Source of the DNA: an uncultured Bacteroidota bacterium | GTDB lineage: Bacteria > CLD3 > SB21 | Assembly: GCA_964563165.1 (NCBI GenBank) | Contig: CAZLWA010000043.1 | Location: forward strand, 9,372-73,371 | DNA length: 64,000 nt | Direction: 5' to 3' | Part shown: piece by piece, positions 36,733 to 47,226 of the stretch | Layout of the letters: each line of letters starts with the position of its first letter | Numbering within the stretch: the stretch's first letter is position 1 | Translations under genes and position numbers: made by a program | The notes under the pieces: model-generated | Told to the model about the DNA's origin: nothing | The model's input: the letters and a program-made list of their open reading frames with translations, nothing else | Database searches by the model: none

Positions 36733-37395
36733 ATGGCACTCATTGCACCATCGATTCTATCGGCTGATTTTGCGAATCTGGAGCGCGACGTAAGGATGGC
36801 GGAAGAAGGCGGCGCGGATTGGCTCCACGTGGACGTCATGGACGGCCATTTTGTACCCAATATCACGATCGGTCCCGTGGTCGTGGAACATCTGCGCAAA
36901 GTCACCAAACTGCCTCTGGACGTGCATTTGATGATTGAAAACCCGGATCGCTATGTTCAGGATTTCCGTCACGCCGGCGCAGATATCATTTCCGTTCATC
37001 AGGAAGCCTGCATTCATCTCCATCGCACGCTGCATTTCATCCGCAGCACGGGCGCCAAGGCGGGAGTGGTACTCAATCCGGCCACGTCCCATGAATCCCT
37101 GCAGTACGTCCTCGACGACGTGGACTTGATCTTGGTCATGTCGGTCAATCCCGGATTCGGCGGACAGGAATTCATAAAATCGTCCGTTCAGAAAATTCAG
37201 GCGATTTCCAAGATGATCGGCTCAAGAAAGATTGTTATCGAAGTCGACGGGGGTGTTAATGATTCCACGGGGCAGCAAGTGGTCAGTGCCGGCGCGAATG
37301 TACTTGTAGCGGGTTCTTATATTTTCGGCGCCGCCGACATGAAAAAAAATATTGTCAAATTAAAAAACCTTTCTCCGAATTCGAGAGTTGTATAG
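36733..37395 (+). CDS. rpe: Ribulose-phosphate 3-epimerase
   Basis: [46 protein letters not shown]. Confidence 0.99.
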   Translation: MALIAPSILSADFANLERDVRMAEEGGADWLHVDVMDGHFVPNITIGPVVVEHLRKVTKLPLDVHLMIENPDRYVQDFRHAGADIISVHQEACIHLHRTLHFIRSTGAKAGVVLNPATSHESLQYVLDDVDLILVMSVNPGFGGQEFIKSSVQKIQAISKMIGSRKIVIEVDGGVNDSTGQQVVSAGANVLVAGSYIFGAADMKKNIVKLKNLSPNSRVV

Positions 37396-37443
37396 TCCGG
37401 GTCCATAGACAGGCCTAACAGATAGATTGGAAATAATGATCGT

Positions 37444-38460
37444 ATGATGACGCTGCCTCCGTTTGAATTCATCGCTCCTGAAAATATCAACGATGCCGTG
37501 CAATTGCTTGACCGGTACAAAGACCGCGCAAAAATTCTGGCCGGCGGCACGGACCTGATCCCGAGCATGAAAAACAAATTGTTCAATCCGGAGGTTCTGA
37601 TCAGTGTGAACAACATCGCTTCCCTGAAGAAAATCCATTTCGATGCGAAAGAAGGATTGACGTTGGGCGCGCTGGTTTCGATTACCGATGTCGGTCATCA
37701 TCCGCTCGTCGCCGAGCACTATCCCGTTCTTGCTGAAGCCGCTCAAAAAATAGCCACGCCGCTTTTGCAGAATAAGGGCACCATCGGCGGTAATATTTTA
37801 CTCGACACGCGCTGTTATTATTATAACCAATCCCAATTTTGGCGTAACGCGGTCAACGGCTGCATGAAAAAAGAAGGCGATGTCTGCCGGGTCGCGCCGG
37901 GCGGGCACCGGTGCTATGCGATCTCATCGTGCGACACCGTTCCGGTATTGTACGCGCTGAATGCGGAGATCAGATTGCTCAGCGCGCAAGGGGAGCGCGT
38001 CTTGCCCGTGCGCGAATTCTATCTCAACGACGGTATGGTTTTCAATAAGTTGCTGCCTAATGAAATTCTGACGGAAGTTCACGTGCCGGTTCCGGCGAAA
38101 GGATTCCGCGGCGGATATATGAAATTGCGACGACGTCAGGCTATTGATTATCCGATGCTCGGAGTGATGGTGGGATTGGTCCTGGATGAAAAAGATATTT
38201 GCCGCGACGCCAAAATTATTTTAGGCGCTATCTTCCCCTGTCCGTGGGAAGCTTTTCAGGCGCAGGAGATTCTCATCGGGAAGAAGATCACCGAGAAGGA
38301 AATTGAAGCCGCATCCGATAAGGCTTATGAAATTGCCAAGCCGATGGATTTGACCAATTTCCGTCCGGCGTATCGAAAACGCATGGTGAAGGTATTTACC
38401 AGGCGATTATTGCAAACATTGATCGGACAATCGGTATATACCGAAGAGGTATTGGCGTAA
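37444..38460 (+). CDS. FAD-binding subunit of a xanthine-oxidase-family enzyme, 4-hydroxybenzoyl-CoA reductase beta (HcrB)-like
   Basis: AGGTDLIPSMK, GTIGGN, and the HcrB-type 4-Cys insert RCYYYNQS.FWR...GCMK..GDVC......RCYA; LRRRQAIDYP. Confidence 0.88.
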   Translation: MMTLPPFEFIAPENINDAVQLLDRYKDRAKILAGGTDLIPSMKNKLFNPEVLISVNNIASLKKIHFDAKEGLTLGALVSITDVGHHPLVAEHYPVLAEAAQKIATPLLQNKGTIGGNILLDTRCYYYNQSQFWRNAVNGCMKKEGDVCRVAPGGHRCYAISSCDTVPVLYALNAEIRLLSAQGERVLPVREFYLNDGMVFNKLLPNEILTEVHVPVPAKGFRGGYMKLRRRQAIDYPMLGVMVGLVLDEKDICRDAKIILGAIFPCPWEAFQAQEILIGKKITEKEIEAASDKAYEIAKPMDLTNFRPAYRKRMVKVFTRRLLQTLIGQSVYTEEVLA

Positions 38461-38522
38461 TTTCAAAGAAACAAAGCGGGTGCTGCGGCGTTATACGATT
38501 AGATGCAACAAGCACATTTTCA

Positions 38523-39269
38523 ATGTCAGAAATCAGAATTAAAAATATTTATACTTCCCTCGATGACCACCAGAGGAAACTCTTCAGGGGGCTTCTCATA
38601 TCCTTTTCAGTGAATTTCTTACTCCTTTTGGCCGTGGTCATCTATCAGCAGCTACAGGCTCCCGAAAAGTCTTTGACCAATACCGAAGCCATGGTGATTC
38701 TGAATCTTCAGCAGGAAGAGGAGATTAAGAAAGTGAAAGAGATGTTGGAGAAACCCGCTGAGAATAAACCAAAATCTTTGAATCAATCCGTCATGGACGA
38801 ACCGGCGATGGCGCTGAAGGGCTTGCCGATCGAGCCCATCAACCCGGCCAATGCGGAAATTGTTCCGGATGCACTGGCCGACACCGGGCGCATCGAGCTC
38901 GGAATCAAAGGCCTTGAAGGCGGTGTGGTTAACGGCGTTGCAGGAGGCTCTCTCACCGGGACGGGTTTGGGCGGCGGGAGCGGCGAGTACATTCCTCCAA
39001 AGCTCATGGTGAGCAAATTTCCCGAATATCCGAAGAGCCTTCAAAAAAAAGGCGTTTCAGGGATCATCGTGCTGCAGGTGAAAGTGGATACGACCGGGCG
39101 CGTCGTAGATTACAAAGTTAAGCTGAATACGACGAACAACAGCGTTCTCGAAAAACTCGCGATCGAAACGGTTTTCAAATGCCGTTACAATCCGGCAAGC
39201 GACGGCACACATCCGATCATGGCGTGGACGGATCACCGATTTGAATTCATTGATAAATCAAATCAGTAA
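38523..39269 (+). CDS. Energy transducer TonB family protein
   Basis: N-terminal TM helix; C-terminal TonB_C pattern PEYP..LQKKGVSG.IVLQVKVDTTGRV..AIETVFKCRYNPA. Confidence 0.85.
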   Translation: MSEIRIKNIYTSLDDHQRKLFRGLLISFSVNFLLLLAVVIYQQLQAPEKSLTNTEAMVILNLQQEEEIKKVKEMLEKPAENKPKSLNQSVMDEPAMALKGLPIEPINPANAEIVPDALADTGRIELGIKGLEGGVVNGVAGGSLTGTGLGGGSGEYIPPKLMVSKFPEYPKSLQKKGVSGIIVLQVKVDTTGRVVDYKVKLNTTNNSVLEKLAIETVFKCRYNPASDGTHPIMAWTDHRFEFIDKSNQ

Positions 39270-39341
39270 CCTTTCAAAGGCACAGGCTAAAATGATTCGT
39301 TATCGTATCTTTTGCGTGCGTGCGGCATGAGTGACCCCGGA

Positions 39342-40634
39342 ATGAACATTCTCGTTGTCGGCGGCGGCGGGCGCGAACACGCGCTGGTATGGAAAATTGC
39401 GCAATCCAATAACGTGAACAAAATTTTTTGCGCACCGGGCAACGGAGGCATTGCCGCACTTGCCGAGTGCATTCCGATACAAGTCCATGCCGTTGAGGCC
39501 CTGCTGCAATTTGCGCGTCGGCAAAAAATTGATCTTACCGTCGTGGGTTCCGAAGAGCCGCTCACGCTGGGAATAGCCGACACGTTCCGGAAACACGGTC
39601 TGAAAATTTTCGGACCCTCGGCTCTTGCGGCGGAAATCGAAGGCAGCAAGGTTTTTGCCAAACAGTTGATGAAAAAATACGGCATTCCGACCGCCGGATT
39701 TGAAGTGTTTTCGGATCCCGATTCCGCTAAGCATTTTATCCGAAAAAAAAATCAGCCATGCGTGGTTAAAACGGACGGGCTTGCGGCCGGAAAAGGAGCG
39801 CTCGTTTGTCCGGAAGTCAACGAGGCGCTGAGCGCGGTGGATATCGTGATGTCGGAAAAGAATTTTGGCGCGGCCGGCCGGAGGATCGTGGTTGAAGATA
39901 TGATGCAGGGCGAAGAAGCATCGGTGTTTGCCGTTACGGACGGAGATGATTACATCGTCTTACCGAGCGCCCAGGATCACAAGAGAATTCTCGACGGCGA
40001 CCGGGGCAAGAACACCGGGGGAATGGGCGCGTATGCACCGGCGCCCGTCGTTACGCAGGAAATTCTGGAACGCGTGAAACATGAAATTATCAAACCGACG
40101 ATTGATGCGATGGCGGCTGAAGGAAGAATGTTTCAAGGGGTCTTGTATTGCGGAATCATGCTTACCGCCGAAGGACCCAAAGTCGTTGAATTCAATTGCC
40201 GGTTCGGCGACCCGGAATGTCAGGCCCTGATGCCTCTCATACAAAGTGATGTCGTAGAAATGTTTCTTGCGGTGGAGGAGGAAAAATTGAAAACATATCC
40301 ATTGAAGCTGAACAAGCGGCATTGCGTTTGCGTCGTGATGGCGTCCGGCGGTTATCCCGACCGTTACGAAAAGAACAAATGCATACTCGGACTCGATGAC
40401 ATTGGGGATACCCACATCATGGTCTTTCACGCCGGGACGGAAAAAAGGGGCCATCAGTTATTCACAGCCGGCGGGCGCGTGCTGGGCGTAACGTCGATTG
40501 CAGAAAATCTCGCCGGGGCGGCTAAACAGGCATACGAAGCGGTCGGCAGGATCCAATTTGAAAACGCGTATTTCAGAAAAGACATCGGTCATCGCGCGCT
40601 GAATCATGCACTAGCGCTGGAGGCAACCCGGTGA
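39342..40634 (+). CDS. purD: Phosphoribosylamine-glycine ligase
   Basis: ILVVGGGGREHAL, DGLAAGKG, QDHKR, NTGGMGAY, EFNCRFGDPE, GGRVL; start set at ATG 39342. Confidence 0.98.
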   Translation: MNILVVGGGGREHALVWKIAQSNNVNKIFCAPGNGGIAALAECIPIQVHAVEALLQFARRQKIDLTVVGSEEPLTLGIADTFRKHGLKIFGPSALAAEIEGSKVFAKQLMKKYGIPTAGFEVFSDPDSAKHFIRKKNQPCVVKTDGLAAGKGALVCPEVNEALSAVDIVMSEKNFGAAGRRIVVEDMMQGEEASVFAVTDGDDYIVLPSAQDHKRILDGDRGKNTGGMGAYAPAPVVTQEILERVKHEIIKPTIDAMAAEGRMFQGVLYCGIMLTAEGPKVVEFNCRFGDPECQALMPLIQSDVVEMFLAVEEEKLKTYPLKLNKRHCVCVVMASGGYPDRYEKNKCILGLDDIGDTHIMVFHAGTEKRGHQLFTAGGRVLGVTSIAENLAGAAKQAYEAVGRIQFENAYFRKDIGHRALNHALALEATR

Positions 40635-42193
40635 AATCTTTTTTTCTGACCCTGAGCTTTTCACTTTTAGCGGTTCACGCATTCGGCCAAAATCAGATAA
40701 AGCTGGAGTGGGGAAAGAACTCCAGAATATTGATTCCCGTTTATTCGGGCGATCAGGAGTGGATTGCGCTTAAAGAAATCGCCGAACTGCTTGAAGTAAA
40801 CACGTTCGAAAATCCTGCGAAGAAAAAAATTGTCTTATTCCTTCCGTCTCACCAGATCAAAATCACGGGTAACAATGCGTATGTGGTTGCGGATGAAAAG
40901 ACGATTCTGCAGATGCCTGTCCAAATCCAGATGATAGACGGGGCATGGCTGGTGCCCGTTAAATTTTTTATTCCCATTCTCAATGCGTTTCTTTCGCCGC
41001 CGATTCTGGTTAATGATAAAGGTTATGCGGCCGATATCCATCCGTCCGACCATTCGAAAACGGTCGTGGAAAAAATTATTCCTCCGAAAAAAATAAAAGC
41101 CAATGTAACGGGAATCGATTTTGAAAAAAAATCCAACGGATTGCTGGTGGCATTAAAAACCGAGAAGGCCTTTCAAAAAAGCGATTTGGAAATATGGAAA
41201 AACAAAAACTGGCTCTACGTTACTATTTCCGGCGGCGTGGTTTCGGAGGAAGCAACGGAGCAGGTCAAATCGGCCGAGCAATATAAGTTGATCCGCACGG
41301 CCTTGACATTTCAGCACAAGAATTCAGCCCAGCTGTCGTTTGAATTGGAAAAAGAAATTTCCGGTCAGGAGATTTTTCTGGACGAAAAAACAGGGGCTAT
41401 TTTGGTGAGTTTAAGAACGAACGATCCGAGCTATCTTGAAAAAGATGAAGCAAAAGCGGTGAACAAAAACGCAACCCTTGTCAAACAGAAGGACCAATGG
41501 AAAATAGACAGGATCGTTTTAGACGCGGGGCACGGCGGGAAGGACCGGGGCGCCACCGGCAAGAACGGCACGAAAGAAAAGGATGTGACGCTCGCTATCA
41601 CGCTGAAGTTGGGAAAATTGATCGAAGACCGCTTGAATATCGCCGTGGACTACACGCGTAAGACGGACGAATTTCCGACGTTGCAAGGGCGCACGCGGTA
41701 CGCCAATGCGCACAATGCAAAACTCTTTGTCAGCGTTCATTGTAATTCATCGACCAATCGCAAAGGAAACGGATTTGAAGTTTTCTTTTTGTCGCCAAGC
41801 CGTACGTCCGAAGCTCTGGCGGTGGCGCGCAAGGAGAATGAAGTCATTCAATTGGAAGAGGAAAAACACGATTACGGCGATTTTACAAACGAAAAATTCA
41901 TACTTGCCAACATTATGCAGAGCGTTTTCGTGAAAGAAAGCGAAGAATTGGCGGCGAAAGTACTGAAAGGAATTGACAAACATGTCGATTTGGAGGACCG
42001 CGGTGTGAGCCAGGCGCCGTTCTATGTTCTCATGGGCGCCTCCATGCCTTCAATCCTGGTCGAAACGGCGTTTATTTCAAATCCTGCGGAAGAGAAGTTC
42101 CTGACTTCGGAAAAAGGGCAAAAACAAATGGCGGAGGGCATTTTCGAAGGCATTAAGAGCTTTATTGACGGGTACGCGAAATCGGAGAAATAA
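40631..42193 (+). CDS. N-acetylmuramoyl-L-alanine amidase (Amidase_3) with N-terminal accessory domains
   Basis: Signal peptide AFG|QNQ; LDAGHGGKD, EKD, VSVHCN, LVETAFISN. Confidence 0.95.
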   Translation: MKSFFLTLSFSLLAVHAFGQNQIKLEWGKNSRILIPVYSGDQEWIALKEIAELLEVNTFENPAKKKIVLFLPSHQIKITGNNAYVVADEKTILQMPVQIQMIDGAWLVPVKFFIPILNAFLSPPILVNDKGYAADIHPSDHSKTVVEKIIPPKKIKANVTGIDFEKKSNGLLVALKTEKAFQKSDLEIWKNKNWLYVTISGGVVSEEATEQVKSAEQYKLIRTALTFQHKNSAQLSFELEKEISGQEIFLDEKTGAILVSLRTNDPSYLEKDEAKAVNKNATLVKQKDQWKIDRIVLDAGHGGKDRGATGKNGTKEKDVTLAITLKLGKLIEDRLNIAVDYTRKTDEFPTLQGRTRYANAHNAKLFVSVHCNSSTNRKGNGFEVFFLSPSRTSEALAVARKENEVIQLEEEKHDYGDFTNEKFILANIMQSVFVKESEELAAKVLKGIDKHVDLEDRGVSQAPFYVLMGASMPSILVETAFISNPAEEKFLTSEKGQKQMAEGIFEGIKSFIDGYAKSEK

Positions 42194-43586
42194 TATTTTC
42201 CAGCGCTTTCAAAATGCCGCGCGCTTTGTCCCAGCATTCCTGATATTCCTCTTCGGGATCCGAATCCCAGACGATCGCGCCGCCCGTTTGAAAATACGCA
42301 CGGTCGCCTTGTGTAATGAGCGTCCGTATGATCACGGACAAATCCAGATTTCCATCGTATCCGATGTATCCCAGCGCTCCGGAATAAATCCCGCGTTTGA
42401 ATTTTTCCAATTCTTCGATAATTTCCATTGCACGGATTTTGGGCGCCCCGGTCATCGACCCCGGCGGGAAACAGGACGTGATCGCGTCCATGAATGTATG
42501 CTTTCGATCCAGCGTGCTTTTGACAGTGGAAACCATTTGAAACACCGTGGAGTATTTTTCGATCGTGAAAATATTTTCAACGTGAACCGATCCGATCTCG
42601 GAAATCCTGCCCAGATCATTTCGCACCAGATCCACGATCATCAGATTCTCCGCGCGGTCTTTGTCGCTGTGTAATAAATCCAAAAATTGTTTTTCGTCCT
42701 CATGAAAATCATTTTTTCGCGGCCGCGTACCCTTGATGGGTTTGCTTTCGCAGGAGCCGTCGCTGATTTTTAAGAAACGTTCGGGGGAGGAACTGATGAC
42801 GGAAAAATCTTTGCACCGCAAGATTGCCGAAAAAGGAGACGGGCTGGTTTCCACCAAATTTCGAAAAATATCAATGTCCGTTCCGGAGTTCTTATTCCTG
42901 AGATGGATATCGAATCGCTGGGATAAATTCACTTCATAGGCATCTCCCGCCGCGACCAATTCCTTTATTTTCTTGATACTGTTGAGATAACCATTCTTGG
43001 CCACGGTGGTTGCAAGTTCAAAATCAAAATAAGCCTGTGATGGACTGGGGACGTCCGATCGGATTATGTTTTCAAGCTTCTTAATGGTATCGGCATCGCC
43101 AACCAGGTACTTTTTATTCGATACGTGATCCACAAAAGCGATTCCGGTATAAAGCATCCAATAAGAATCCGGCAGGCCGAGATCGTCTTCCGCCCGGGAA
43201 CCCAGCGATTCCAATTGATCCTTTAGATCGTAGCCCCAATACCCGACCGCTCCGCCAAAGAAGGGCTTTTGACCAAAAATGGTTTTGTCAAAACAATAAT
43301 TCAGCCTATCGGCATGCATAAGCTGCGCAAAGCGATCCCAAGGATTACCCGTGAACGTTTCAGTTTTGTCCCCGGAAGTGATTGTGACGCGGTCCCGTTT
43401 TGAAAAAAACACCGCCTGGGGATTACAACCCAGGTACGAAAAACGCGAATTTTCCGTATTCGGCAGGGAACTGTATAAGAAAAAGCTGTGTTCGCAGGGA
43501 TAGAATCTGGCGTAGAGATCAAGGAGGGATTTTGTCCATTCAAATTCTTTTAAGAAAATATCGCTCACATTACTCCAGAATTTCAA
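42162..43586 (-). CDS. pabB: Aminodeoxychorismate synthase component I
   Basis: YEVNLSQR, SSSPERF, PIKGTRPR, ENLMIVDLVRND, FPPGSMTGAPK, YSGALG, GGAIVWDS. Confidence 0.9.
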   Translation of the reverse strand: MKFWSNVSDIFLKEFEWTKSLLDLYARFYPCEHSFFLYSSLPNTENSRFSYLGCNPQAVFFSKRDRVTITSGDKTETFTGNPWDRFAQLMHADRLNYCFDKTIFGQKPFFGGAVGYWGYDLKDQLESLGSRAEDDLGLPDSYWMLYTGIAFVDHVSNKKYLVGDADTIKKLENIIRSDVPSPSQAYFDFELATTVAKNGYLNSIKKIKELVAAGDAYEVNLSQRFDIHLRNKNSGTDIDIFRNLVETSPSPFSAILRCKDFSVISSSPERFLKISDGSCESKPIKGTRPRKNDFHEDEKQFLDLLHSDKDRAENLMIVDLVRNDLGRISEIGSVHVENIFTIEKYSTVFQMVSTVKSTLDRKHTFMDAITSCFPPGSMTGAPKIRAMEIIEELEKFKRGIYSGALGYIGYDGNLDLSVIIRTLITQGDRAYFQTGGAIVWDSDPEEEYQECWDKARGILKALENIISPISRTRQ

Positions 43587-44448
43587 TAAGGGTCTGTCTA
43601 AAGGAATCCAGGATGTGCTTCGTCCAATCCCCGATATTTCCCCTTCCGACAGTTATTTCTTCAGTTTGAGATACCGGCAGCACCTCGATGTTGGTGTTCG
43701 TCAAAAAAATTTCGTCCGCTTCCAGTACGTCGTTCTTTGAAAAAGTACTTTGAGAAAGCGGAAGGTTCAATTTATTCTTCAGCAAATAAATCACGCGTTC
43801 CCTGGTCACGCCGGGCAAAACGCCGGCTAAGACGGGTGGCGTAAAAACGGTTTTATTTTTTATTATGAAAATATTACTGGACGTTCCCTCGTAAACGGTT
43901 TCAAAGAAATCCATGAAAATCATTTCGTAGCAATTCTTATCCAGCGCCTCTTGCTTAGGCAGAACGTTGCGCTGGGCGCTGAGGGATTTCATGCCGCGGC
44001 CGTCATGGCTATTGAAAAAATTTGTTTTTTGAAAATCGATCTTTACGCCTTTCTGATAAAGACTTTCAGGAATTTCTTTTCTGGGGCGAACCATCACGAG
44101 AAAATTGGGTTTCATGGTTTTTGAAAACCCAAAACCGAATTGGTCCCCGGTACCGCGGGTAACGGTAATTCGGATATACGCATCGAGGAGATCGTTGCGC
44201 AGAAGCAATTCGCCGAGGATATGCCGTACGTCCGACGGTGAATAATTCAGCGGAATTCGCATGCGCTGGCAGTCGTCTTTAAGCCGGTTAAAATGCTCAT
44301 GGTAAGAGACCACTCCTCGCTTGATGGCACGCAGCGTATCGAAAACGCCGTCGCCGTATAAGAACCCGCGGTCACTCGGGGAAATCGCAACGGCACTTTC
44401 CGGAAGATACGTATCGTTGTAAAAAGCAATGTATGCGGGGGAAGGCAT
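43570..44448 (-). CDS. Class IV aminotransferase, probably aminodeoxychorismate lyase (PabC-like)
   Basis: DRGFLYGDGVFDT, PLP Lys in GMKS, EGTSSNIF, LPGVTR; overlaps the pabB start; start set at ATG 44448. Confidence 0.85.
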   Translation of the reverse strand: MPSPAYIAFYNDTYLPESAVAISPSDRGFLYGDGVFDTLRAIKRGVVSYHEHFNRLKDDCQRMRIPLNYSPSDVRHILGELLLRNDLLDAYIRITVTRGTGDQFGFGFSKTMKPNFLVMVRPRKEIPESLYQKGVKIDFQKTNFFNSHDGRGMKSLSAQRNVLPKQEALDKNCYEMIFMDFFETVYEGTSSNIFIIKNKTVFTPPVLAGVLPGVTRERVIYLLKNKLNLPLSQSTFSKNDVLEADEIFLTNTNIEVLPVSQTEEITVGRGNIGDWTKHILDSFRQTLIEILE

Positions 44449-44615
44449 AACCTGATTCCTTGAGAAACAAACCGTGATTGGCACCGGTCGAAGTTAATCA
44501 CGGGGCTTTTTACATGCAAACGAAAATCATTCGGAAACTTCTTGAATCGAAGCTCTTTTTTATTTATGTTAGTCAAGTTTCAATAACTTTTGAAAGTTCA
44601 AATTCGAAGGCTCTT

Positions 44616-45698
44616 ATGATAGATCATATTATTGGCAAGGTCGAGAACGGGGAGCGGTTGAGTTTTGAGGACGGTGTGGCGCTCTATCAATGCAAAGAGC
44701 TGCCCCTGCTGAGTTTTCTTGCGAATTACGTCCGTCAAAAGCACAAACCGGGTACTACCGTCACCTACATCATAGATCGCAACATCAATTACACCAACGT
44801 GTGCGTGGACCGCTGCAGTTTCTGCGCGTTCTATCGCCCCGTAGGTTCGACGGAAGGTTATACGCTGCCGACGGAAGTCATCGATGCGAAGATCGACGAA
44901 CTCATTTCGCTCGAAGGCATTCAAATTTTAATGCAGGGCGGATTGAATCCGAAATTGAAAATCGATTATTATGAGGATCTATTTCGCCATCTCAAATCGA
45001 AATATCCTCAGATCTGGCTGCACGTGCTGAGTGCGCCGGAAATTGATTACATTGCTAAAATTTCCGGTCTCAGTTTGGAAGAAACTTTGTCGCGCCTCAA
45101 AGCGGCGGGTTTGGATTCGGTACCTGGGGCGGGAGCCGAGATCCTCGTGGACCGTGTGCGCGAAGAAGTTTCCCGCGGTAAATGCGATGCCGACAGTTGG
45201 CTGGAGGTTCACCGCACTTGCCATAAACTCGGCATCACAACAACTGCGACGATGATGTACGGTCACGTAGAAACGATTGAAGATCGGATCAATCACTTGC
45301 TCACCATTCGAAACTTTCAGGATGAAAGTCTTTCGAAATACGGTGTCGGTTTTACCGCGTTCATTCCATGGAATTTCCAGCCCGGGGGAGTGCCGCTCGG
45401 AGAAAATCCAAATGTCCGGCTCACGACAACTGTCGAATATTTACAGACGCTCGCTATCTCGCGATTGATGATCGACAATATTGAAAATTTCCAGGTCTCG
45501 TGGGTGACACAAGGGCAGGACATCGGGCAAATGGGGCTCAATTACGGCGCGAATGATTTCGGCAGTTTAATGATCGAAGAAAATGTTGTGAGCCAGAACG
45601 GAACGAGCTTCAACGTCACCGTTAAAGATATCGAGCGCATGATTGCCGACGCCGGTTATGTACCGAAGCGCAGGAACAATCATTATCAGTTTATTTAA
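44616..45698 (+). CDS. mqnC: Cyclic dehypoxanthinyl futalosine synthase (radical SAM)
   Basis: DRNINYTNVC..C.FC, MQGG, TATMMYGH, GANDFGSLMIEENVV; start set at ATG 44616. Confidence 0.92.
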   Translation: MIDHIIGKVENGERLSFEDGVALYQCKELPLLSFLANYVRQKHKPGTTVTYIIDRNINYTNVCVDRCSFCAFYRPVGSTEGYTLPTEVIDAKIDELISLEGIQILMQGGLNPKLKIDYYEDLFRHLKSKYPQIWLHVLSAPEIDYIAKISGLSLEETLSRLKAAGLDSVPGAGAEILVDRVREEVSRGKCDADSWLEVHRTCHKLGITTTATMMYGHVETIEDRINHLLTIRNFQDESLSKYGVGFTAFIPWNFQPGGVPLGENPNVRLTTTVEYLQTLAISRLMIDNIENFQVSWVTQGQDIGQMGLNYGANDFGSLMIEENVVSQNGTSFNVTVKDIERMIADAGYVPKRRNNHYQFI

Positions 45699-45766
45699 TC
45701 GTCCATCCGTAATCTTCAATCTGCTATTTCTTTCCGCCACCACGTCTAAGTCAAAGAAGCCTCATC

Positions 45767-47197
45767 TCAGCGGGTACCGCTGACGGAGGCATCGTAGTCT
45801 ATGCCTTGCCTTACGAGCACCTGTTTTACTTTCCAGCCATAGAATGTGAGATAGGCAAAACACAAAACCGGAATGATATAAGAAAGATGGATATCAAATC
45901 TATCGGCGCAGTAACCCTGGAGCGGGGGAATGATCGCACCGCCGGCAATCATCATGATTAAGAGCGAGGATCCCTGATTCGTATATTTTCCAAGCCCTGC
46001 GATGGAGAGCGAAAAAATGCACGGCCACATGACCGAACAAAATAATCCGCCGCTCACAAAACAATAAAGAGCTAATTTTCCCGAAGAAAACAATCCGATC
46101 AGCATCATGACTGCCGCCAGCGCTCCGAAAAGCGTCATCGTAAGAGCCGGTTTTTCCCGGGAAAGAAAAAATCCTGCGATCAGAATTAAAATAAACGGAA
46201 AATAAAAAAACAGATCAATCATTTTATCGCCTTGGCCTGCGGCATTCAACTTTATGAAATTCACGATCAGAATGACTCCATAAGCAGCGAGCGGAACAAC
46301 GATCATTAAAATTTTTTTCAAAGTTTTGCCCGGATCAAAGGCGGTTATCGCCCCGGTCCATCTTCCGATCATTAAACTTCCCCAGAACAGCGAAACAAAG
46401 TGTACCGTTTGAGAAGATTCCAGGCCGAGGACCTGCGGCTGCCTCATCAACTCGGGTAAGTTGCTTTGAATCGTTACTTCTACACCGACATAAACAAAGA
46501 TCGCGATCATACCGAGAATGAGTTGTGGAAATTTCAAAGCGCCAAGATCCTTTTCTAATTTTTCGGGATTGGTAACGGGTGGAAGTTTGGAGAAACCTAG
46601 AATAGCCGCAAAAAGAAGAAAAGCTGCAGAAAGAAGGACGTAGGGCATCTTGATTACACTCAATTCAACTTCACCCGTTCCCGCCAGACTTCCAAAAATA
46701 GCATAGCCCAAAAGTAAAGGCCCGATAGCGGTTCCGAACGAATTAATTCCCCCGCCAAGGCTGATACGGTGAGAACCGGTTGCCGGGTCGCCGAGCGCAG
46801 TCATGTAAGGATTGGCAACGATCTGCTGCAGGGCAAAACCAAGGCCTACTACAAAGAGCGACGTGAGCATAAGTGCAAAAGATTGAAGAGACGCGGCAGG
46901 AACAAAACCGAGCGCGCCGATCGCAGAGGTCGTAAGCCCGAGTACCAGGCCTTTTTTGTAGCCGATCTTATTCAGCGGGTCGCCGGTTGAAACGGAAATG
47001 ATAAAGTAAATAAGCGAACCGACGGTGTAGGAAATGTAGAAAGCAAAGTCAACCAACTGGCTTTGCCACTGCAATAATATGAAATGTTTTTTGAAAACGG
47101 GTATAAGAACGGTATTGCTTGCCGCGACAAATCCCCAGAAAAAAAACACGGAGATCAGCAAGGCCAGCGATGATTTCGTATTGTTGGAATAGTTCAT
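45767..47197 (-). CDS. Sugar MFS transporter, FucP/GluP family
   Basis: FFWGF, ANPY, FVYVGVEV, FWGSLMIGR, GGAIIP; start set at ATG 47197. Confidence 0.9.
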   Translation of the reverse strand: MNYSNNTKSSLALLISVFFFWGFVAASNTVLIPVFKKHFILLQWQSQLVDFAFYISYTVGSLIYFIISVSTGDPLNKIGYKKGLVLGLTTSAIGALGFVPAASLQSFALMLTSLFVVGLGFALQQIVANPYMTALGDPATGSHRISLGGGINSFGTAIGPLLLGYAIFGSLAGTGEVELSVIKMPYVLLSAAFLLFAAILGFSKLPPVTNPEKLEKDLGALKFPQLILGMIAIFVYVGVEVTIQSNLPELMRQPQVLGLESSQTVHFVSLFWGSLMIGRWTGAITAFDPGKTLKKILMIVVPLAAYGVILIVNFIKLNAAGQGDKMIDLFFYFPFILILIAGFFLSREKPALTMTLFGALAAVMMLIGLFSSGKLALYCFVSGGLFCSVMWPCIFSLSIAGLGKYTNQGSSLLIMMIAGGAIIPPLQGYCADRFDIHLSYIIPVLCFAYLTFYGWKVKQVLVRQGIDYDASVSGTR

Positions 47198-47226
47198 ACG
47201 GATGATGGTGCACCGGAAGGTATTCT

